From Mobula hypostoma (Eukaryota), in contig NC_086108.1 in the NCBI RefSeq assembly GCF_963921235.1, positions 12,276,001 through 12,340,000 on the forward strand: 64,000 nt of DNA, read 5' to 3'. Numbering within the stretch: the first letter of the stretch is position 1; each line of letters opens with the position of its first letter. The notes beneath the pieces were generated by a model. It was not told the origin of the DNA and ran no database searches. It worked only from the letters and a program-made list of their open reading frames with translations. The position numbers and the translations under genes are program-made. Positions 57,370-64,000 of this stretch are shown piece after piece.

Positions 57370-59455
57370 TTCTCTCCCTCCCTCTCTCTCCCCCCCTCTC
57401 TCTCTCACTCCCTCTCTATCTCCTTCTCTCTCCCCCTCTCTCTCTCTCAGTCCCTCTCTCTCTCCCTCCCTCCCTCTCCTGCTCTCTCTCTCCCTCTCTC
57501 TCTCTCTCCCTCCCTCTCTCTATCTCCCTCTCTCTCCCCTCTCTCTCCCTCCCTCTCCTGCTCTCTCTCCCTCTCTCTTTCTCCCTCTCTCTCCCTCCCT
57601 CTTTCTATCTCCCTCTCTCTCCCCCTCTCTCTCCCTCCTTCTTTTTCTCTCCCTCTCTCTCTCCACCCTCTTTTTCTCTCTCTCTCTCTCCCTCCCTCCC
57701 TCTCTCCCTCTCTCTCTCTCCACCCCTTTTTCTCTCCCTCTCTCTCTCCCCTTCTCTCTCTCTCCCTCCCTCTCTCTCTCCCTCTCTCTCCCTCTCTCTC
57801 TCCCTCCTTCTCCTGCTCTCTCTCTCCCTCTCTCTCCCCCCTCTTTTTCTCTCTCTCTCCCTCCCTCTCTCCCCCTCTCTGTCTCCCTCCCTCTTTTTTC
57901 TCTCTTTCACTCTCCCTACCTCTCTCTCCCTCCCTCCTTCTCTCTCCCTCTCTCTCTCCTTCCCTTCCTCTCCTGCTCTCTCTCTCCCCTCTCTCTCCCT
58001 CTCTCTCTCTGTCTCTCTATCCCTCTCTCCATCTCTCCCTCTCCCTCTCTCCCTCTCCCTCTCTCCCTCTCTCTCCCTCCCCCTCTCTCTCTCCCTCCCT
58101 CTTTTTCTCTCTCTTTCACTCTCCCTCTCTCTCTCTCTCCCTCTCTCTCTCCCTCTCTCTCTCTCCTTCCCTCTCTCCCTCTCTCTCTCTCCACCTCTTT
58201 TTCTCTCCCTCTCTCTCTCCCCTTCTCTCTCTCTCCCTCCCTCTCTCTCTCCCTCTCTCTCCCTCTTTCTCTCCCTCTCTCTCTCCCCTTCTCTCTCTCT
58301 CCCTCCCTCTCTCTCCCCCCTCTCTCTCCCTCTCTCTCTCCCTCTCTCTCTCTCTCCCCCTCTCTTTCTCTCCCTCTCTCCCTCTCCCTCTCCCTCTCTC
58401 TCCCTCCCTCTCTCCCTATCCTTCTGTCTCTCTATCCCTCTCTCCCTCTCTCCATCTCTCTCTTCCTCTCTCTCTCTCTCCCTCCCTCTCCCACCCTCTC
58501 TCTCTCCCTCTCTCTCTCCCTCTCTCTCTATCCCTCTCTCTCTCCCTCTCTCCCTCTCCCACCCTCTGTCTCTCCCTCTCGCTCTCTTTCTCTCTCCCCC
58601 ACTCCCTCCCTCTCCCTCCCCTCTCCCTCTCTCACTCTCTCTCTCCCTCCCTCCCTCCCCCTCTCTCTCTCCCTCCCTCTCTCTCTCCCTCCCTCTTTTT
58701 CTCTCTCTCTCTCCCTCTCTCTCCCTCCCTCCCTCTTTCTCTCTCCCTCTCTCTCCCTCCCTCTCTCTCTCTCCCTCTCTCTCTCCCTCTCTCTCTCCCT
58801 CCCTCCCTGTCCTGTTCTTCTTCTCCCTCTCTCTCTCCCCTCTCTTTTTTTTCTCTCTCTCTCCCTCCCTCTTTTTCTCTTTCTTTCACTCTCCCTCCCT
58901 CTCCCTCTCTCTCTCTTTCCCTCTCTCTCTCCCTCTCTCCCTCTCTCTCACCCTTTCTCCCTGGTCTCTCTCCCTCCCTCTCTCCCTCTCCCTCTCTCTG
59001 TCTCTCCCCTTCTCTCCCTCCCTCTCTCTCTGCCTCTCTCTCTGTCTCCCTCTCTCCTTCTCTCTCTCCTTCCTTCTCTCTCCCTCCCTCCCTCTCCCGC
59101 TCTCTCTCTCCCTCTCTCCCTCTCTCCAACTCTCTCTCCCTCTCTCTCTCTCCTGCCCTCCCTTTCCCACCCTCTCTCTCTCCCTCTCTCTCTCTTTCTC
59201 TCTCCCTCCCTCCCTCTCCCACCCTCTCACTCTCCCTCGGTCACCCTCTCCTTCTCTCTCTCTCTCTCCCTCTCTCCCTCTCTCTCTCTCCCTCCCTCCC
59301 TCTCCCACCCTCTGTCTCTCTCTCTCTCTTTCTCTCTCCCCCACTGCCTCCCTCTCCCTCCCCCTCTCCCTCTCTCACTCTCTCTCTCCCTCCCTCCCTC
59401 CCCCCTCTCTCTCTCTCCCTCCCTCTCCCACTCTCTCTCTCTCTCTCTCTCCCCC
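57370..59455. repeat. 2.1-kb CT-rich polypyrimidine low-complexity tract
   Basis: Almost only C/T on the plus strand, with interrupted (CT)n/(CCCT)n runs and longer duplicated blocks. Confidence 0.98.
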
Positions 59456-60074
59456 TTAATGCTTTCTGAGGTTAGTGCTGGACTTCTGTGTCTACGGTTT
59501 CTGGATTGGGCACTGTACTTCACGTGATGATGTGCTTCTGATTTATGGTCGCACCTTTTTTTTGTTGCTAGTTTGGACAATTTTGAACGGGGGTGGCCTG
59601 TGGGTAATGAACACTGAGCTGAACTGAATATGCCAAGACTCTTTTGATTTTGTGTTTTAAGTATATTCTGTATTTTTCGCTCATTTCTTGTTGCTGTTTG
59701 TGCAATTCTTTTTGCACACGGGGGGTGGGGGCTTGATGGTTTTCTTTGTTTCTTGGCTGTCTGTAGGAAGATGAGTCTCAGGGTTGTATACTGTATACAT
59801 ACTTTGATAATAAATGAACTTTGAATTTTGGTGTATGTAATCTGACAGCTTTGCAATTTTCTAATATTTGTGAGTGTATTCATACCATATGGGCTTCTTC
59901 TGTGTGTATATTTGCACATTTAAGCAGGATTTAGTTGATGTGCGTTTGTTCAGAACACAAACTACAGATGGTACACAGGCTCCCCTGAACATCACAGAGG
60001 AGTTGTAAGCCTACAGAGGCCTGATGTAAGTAAAGCTCCAACCGCACCTTGTTTGACACATCAGGTGGCAACCT

Positions 60075-60217
60075 TAACATTTGTCTGTTTTAAGAGGCCA
60101 AGTTGCTAGCTTGACACCCAACCAACACAGATGGAAGGCATGCAAGGAGCCGGCCAGATTTGAACCCGGGACCACCAGCTCCGAAGTCCAGTGCAGATGC
60201 CACTGCACTACCAACCA
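60075..60217 (-). mobile_element. tRNA-derived SINE head
   Basis: On the minus strand: TAGTGCAGTGG (A-box-like) ... GGTTCAAATCT (B-box-like), followed by a non-tRNA body. Confidence 0.6.
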
Positions 60218-60469
60218 GCTGGAGGCCTGCTGTGGTCTATGTAATAATTCTGTATCCTGAGTTCTCCAAGTCTGAGGGAAGTTTACAGATGACACAAAAA
60301 TAGTTGGAGTTTTGGATAGTGAAGGTAGCTGTCAAATGATATAGATCAGTGGCAGATATGTAGAGAAATAACAGAGTTTGATCCTGCCAGGCGTGAGGTA
60401 TTATGTTTTGCGAGGTCAAATGTAAAGAGAAAGCATACAGTGATTGGAAGAATACTTAGGAGCAGTTTT

Positions 60470-61160
60470 GAAGAAGATGGCACCAGTGAACAATGAGACC
60501 AATGGCAACGTCCTGCTGACAGTTCAGAAAACTACTTCTTTTACTTCTTCCTTCAAATCTGATTCCACTGTTATTGGAACCTGGGACCTACAGTTTAACG
60601 GTGGGTTTTTGGGCTGATTGAGCGATCTAGTGCTTTGCTGTCCCTGAGTGAGTTCAGTGCAGCCTGGGGACAGGATGCAAGCCCATGATCAGCACCATTC
60701 CTCATCAATTAAAGCATTGAACAAGGTTGAAATCAATGGAAACAAGAACATCGCCTTCTGCCTGTGTTTGACCACACTCTCTCTTCAACTCGTTCTCTGC
60801 TCCCGAGGATGATGCCAGATTCTTGGGTCTTTGACAACGCAGTTTGTAGATTGTACTCTGTAGTTCTTGTTATTTGTGTTTCTGGTTACTCATTTTCTTT
60901 ATTGCTATTTTGTGTACTTTTGATTGAGGTGGACTGGTTCTGCAGCCTGCAGTCAATGAATGACAGAACACTAAACTGCACTGCACTGAACTGTCACTGT
61001 GACTCTGTGGTTTAGTGTTTCGTATCCTGTGTTTTTGCTCGTTGTTTTGCTGTTTGCATGATTTTTTTTTTGCACATTGGGAGTTTGATGTTTTTCTTTG
61101 AATGGGTTCCAAGATTTTTCTTTGTTTGGTGGCTGCGTATGGAGAAGATGGATTCACGTT
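60470..61160 (+). mobile_element. Old non-autonomous LINE-derived element; a related 3' piece lies at 59460-59830
   Basis: 5' gaagaagatggc start. The 3' segment tttgcacattgggagtttgatg...ggctgcgtatggagaagatg matches 59710-59780. Confidence 0.5.
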
Positions 61161-61495
61161 GACCGCAGGCCCAGCGGGTGAGTGACAGAAGTTCAAGATG
61201 AGCTCCAAGTTGTCCACATTCGACTGTTTAATTAGAATGGGCTATTTTCTTTTTGTTATTCTTTACTAACCCTTTAGTTAAGATTCATAAATGTAATTCC
61301 TTTAATCGTATGCAGTGTACTGTCTGCTATTTTGTGGTATTAATTTGTAACAGGGTAGCGAATTTCACAGCATCCACACAAACAGGGGGCTTTGCTTGGG
61401 GGGGGGGCTGCTTGTGCCTCAATCTCACATGCTTGGCGGGGCCGAAGATTGTCTCCCTTACACTTACGCAGTGGAGGACACCAGAGTGTTTCACA
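61160..61495 (+). mobile_element. 3' part of a solo LTR of the 39014-39550 family
   Basis: Shares gagctccaa.ttgt..acatt.gactgtt and atttgtaacaggg..cacagcatccaca; ends ...ttcaca. Confidence 0.7.
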
Positions 61496-61789
61496 TGTAT
61501 ACAGCTAAACGAAACATTGTTCTGCTGCAAAACACAGTGCATACAGTCAAACACAGGTCACAGCATATATAGTTATGATACTCAAATTCAATGTTGACCT
61601 CTGGTGCTGTTTGTGTGGAGTTTGCAAGTTCTCCTCAAGTGTTCTGTTCCATCCCATGTCCCAAAGACAAGCTGATTATAGTAAATTGTCCAGTGTGTGC
61701 GTGGGTGATGGGTCGAATTGGGGAGAGATGTTGGAAGTTGGTGTCGTATTTGTGTAACTGGGTGCTTCATATCAGTACAAACTCAACTC

Positions 61790-62120
61790 AACACATCTAC
61801 ACGGAATATTGTTGCAGGAAGGCAGCATTCATTGTCAGGGACTTCCACCACCCAGGATATGCTCTCTTCTCACTGCTGCCATCAGGAAGAAGGTACAGGA
61901 GCTTTAGGACTCAGACCACCAGACTGAGGAACAGTTATTACCCCTTAACCAGCAGGGTCTTGAACCAGAGGGGATAACTTTACTCAACTTCACTTGCCCT
62001 ATCATTGAAATGTTCCCACAACCTGTGGCCTCACTTTCATGGATTTACTGAGTATTCCCACAAGAAAATGAATCTCAGGGTTGTATATAATGACAGATAT
62101 GTGCTTTGATAATGAAATTA
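61790..62120 (+). mobile_element. Rex1/Babar-type 3' fragment
   Basis: RDFHHPGYALFSLLPSGRRYRS. Confidence 0.75.
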
Positions 62121-62184
62121 AAATCTTTAACTGTGTGTTGTTGAAAGAGGCCAAGATAAGCTGAGAGGCTGATTGAGCTTAAGA

Positions 62185-62550
62185 TCATAAGATATAGGAG
62201 CAGAATGAGTCCATTTGGCCCATCGAGTCTGCTCCACCATTTCATCATGGCTGATCCATTTCCCTCTCATCCCCAGTCTACCACTTTCTCCCTGTATCCC
62301 TTCATGCCCTGACTAATCAAGAATCTATCAACCTCTGCCTTAAATATACCCAATGACTTGACCTCCACAGTCGCCTGTGGCAGCAAGGTCCACAGATCCA
62401 CCACTCTCTGGCTGAAGAAATTCCTTCTCACCTCAGTTCTAAAAGGACTTCCTTCTACCCTAAGGCTGGTCCTCTGCTCTCAGACTACTCCAACTTCAGT
62501 AACCTTCTCTCCTAATCTACTCTGTCGAGGGCTTTCAACATTCGATAGCT
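62185..62550 (-). mobile_element. CR1 3' fragment
   Basis: ccatttggcccatcgagtctgctcc 3'-end motif; ccactctctggctgaagaaattcc. Confidence 0.75.
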
Positions 62551-63377
62551 ATAAGACTTCAAAGAGGCATTCAGAGCAGAGAGCAGAGAGCTTCGGTGTG
62601 CATGCTAAACAAGAAAGATATCTCCCTCTTAGTATGCACATACAGTTCTGATATTCATCTCAATGCTTCAGAACTGAGATAAACGATTGAGATGAAGGGA
62701 GGATTTTTCTTTTTGCGATTTACACAAAACAGTAAGTGCAGACGCAGGAGATTTTCAGACCAGGCCTCTAAACATAACACAAAGCGAGGAGCATCAATTA
62801 TTTATGGTGTTGGGCGTAATGTCTTGTTCCCAGAGCACTGTTTCCAAATTATAGTTTAAGCCACAAATCTATGGCTTACAACAAGTTTATTTTAAAACTA
62901 CAGGCCAGGCGTTGCCAAGAGATACAACATTTGATTTCTGCACAGAACACAGGGCACTGTGAGTGATGAGGCAGGACATTGAAAACAATTTCTATGTGTC
63001 TTGCAATAACACAACACCTCTGCTTCTTTGAAATGCTTTGCATTTCAGTTAATCTAATTTAAAACATAAACTCTGTCATTATTTGGCCCATGAAAGCATC
63101 AGTTCTAAAGTAGCTTGGGTAGTTAAATGTGGGCCTGGCTGCTGTCCTGCCTCTCTGGGCTATTGTGTTGGTGATGTTGTTCTCAAAATGTCTTACAATG
63201 ACCAAAAGGGGGGCCTTTCAGCCCCTAGACCATAGAACAGTACAGCACAGAAACAGGCCCTTGGGCCCACAGTGTTGTGCTGAATCAATTAAATTAGGAA
63301 TCAAATGGCTAACTAAACTAATCCCTTCTCCCTACAAATGTCCACATCTTTCCATTTCCTCATATCTACCTGGCTAT

Positions 63378-63694
63378 ATATATATCGGCATCCGTTAGTC
63401 TCATGAGACCATGGATTTGCACCTTGGAAGGTTTCCAGGGTGCAGGCCTGGGCAAGGTTGTATGGAAGACCGGCAGTTGCCCATGCTGCAAGTCTCCCCT
63501 CTCCATGTCACCGATGTTGTCCAAGGGAAGGGCACTAGGACCCATACAGCTTGGCACCGGTGTCGTTGCAGAGCAATGTGTGGTTTAATGCCTTGCTCAA
63601 GGACACACACGCTGCCCCAGCCAAGGCTCGAACTAGCGACCTTCAAATCACTAGACAAATGCCTTAACCACTTGGCCACGTGCCAACACAACAT
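63378..63694 (-). mobile_element. Full-length tRNA-derived SINE with CORE-like centre and RTE-like 3' end
   Basis: A box TGGCCAAGTGG, B box GTTCGAGCC, gtgtccttgagcaaggca core, gactaacggatgccg followed by a (ta)n tail. TSD ctggctat at 63370-63377 and 63695-63702. Confidence 0.8.
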
Positions 63695-64000
63695 CTGGCT
63701 ATCTAAAGGTCTTTTAAAAGACTCTACCACCACCACAGGCAACAAGTTCCACAAACACAAATCTCTGTGTATAAAAAAGGTTTTTGCAGACCCAATTTAT
63801 TCTTCCTTTCTCATGTCTCTCTTATCTCTTCAAGGTGGCTGGAGTCCTGTCGGAGTCCATGATCTACAGCTACAGCTCAAACTTCGGTTCTCCGCCATAT
63901 GGCCTGACTTTTTGATAACTGCAGGTGCAATCTGGAAGACGTATGCCTTCAAAGAGTGGCCCATGGATGACCTGGGTCCTCGCCAGAAGGAGTATTGTGG

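Noticed and set aside
57294..59919. 720-aa Leu/Ser/Pro ORFs and antisense Glu/Arg/Gly ORFs
   Set aside because: Artefacts of a CT tract that lacks stop codons; no protein-like complexity.
63620..63690. tRNA-like sequence (also at 60150-60217)
   Set aside because: These are SINE heads: they continue into a SINE body (with tail and TSD for the 63378-63694 copy), and the cloverleaf is imperfect.

Overview
This is vertebrate intronic or intergenic DNA, most likely from a cartilaginous fish (a ray, inferred from the repeat repertoire only). I found no supportable host protein-coding exon. Most of the window is layered, often nested retroelement debris. It includes many CR1 LINE fragments (two with long open RT frames, one with ORF1 esterase plus APE/RT), Rex1/Babar-type LINE pieces, and two kinds of Penelope-like element carrying minimal hammerhead ribozymes. 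There are also about eight complete or partial solo LTRs, an internally deleted Chapaev3 DNA transposon, tRNA- and RTE-derived SINEs, and a 2.1-kb CT tract. Short unique, enhancer-like islands lie between the repeats. The most striking feature is in the 3' UTR of a decayed HERO-type (R2-group) retrotransposon. A 119-nt motif at 47454-47572 on the minus strand contains all hammerhead ribozyme core parts (CUGAUGA, GAAA, stems I/II/III) in a non-circularly-permuted, pseudoknotted strand order. It also has a consensus kink-turn extending stem III and a 12-bp closing helix inserted into the core. Element boundaries are approximate unless a target-site duplication (TSD) is given. Family assignments come from motif recognition, not database searches.
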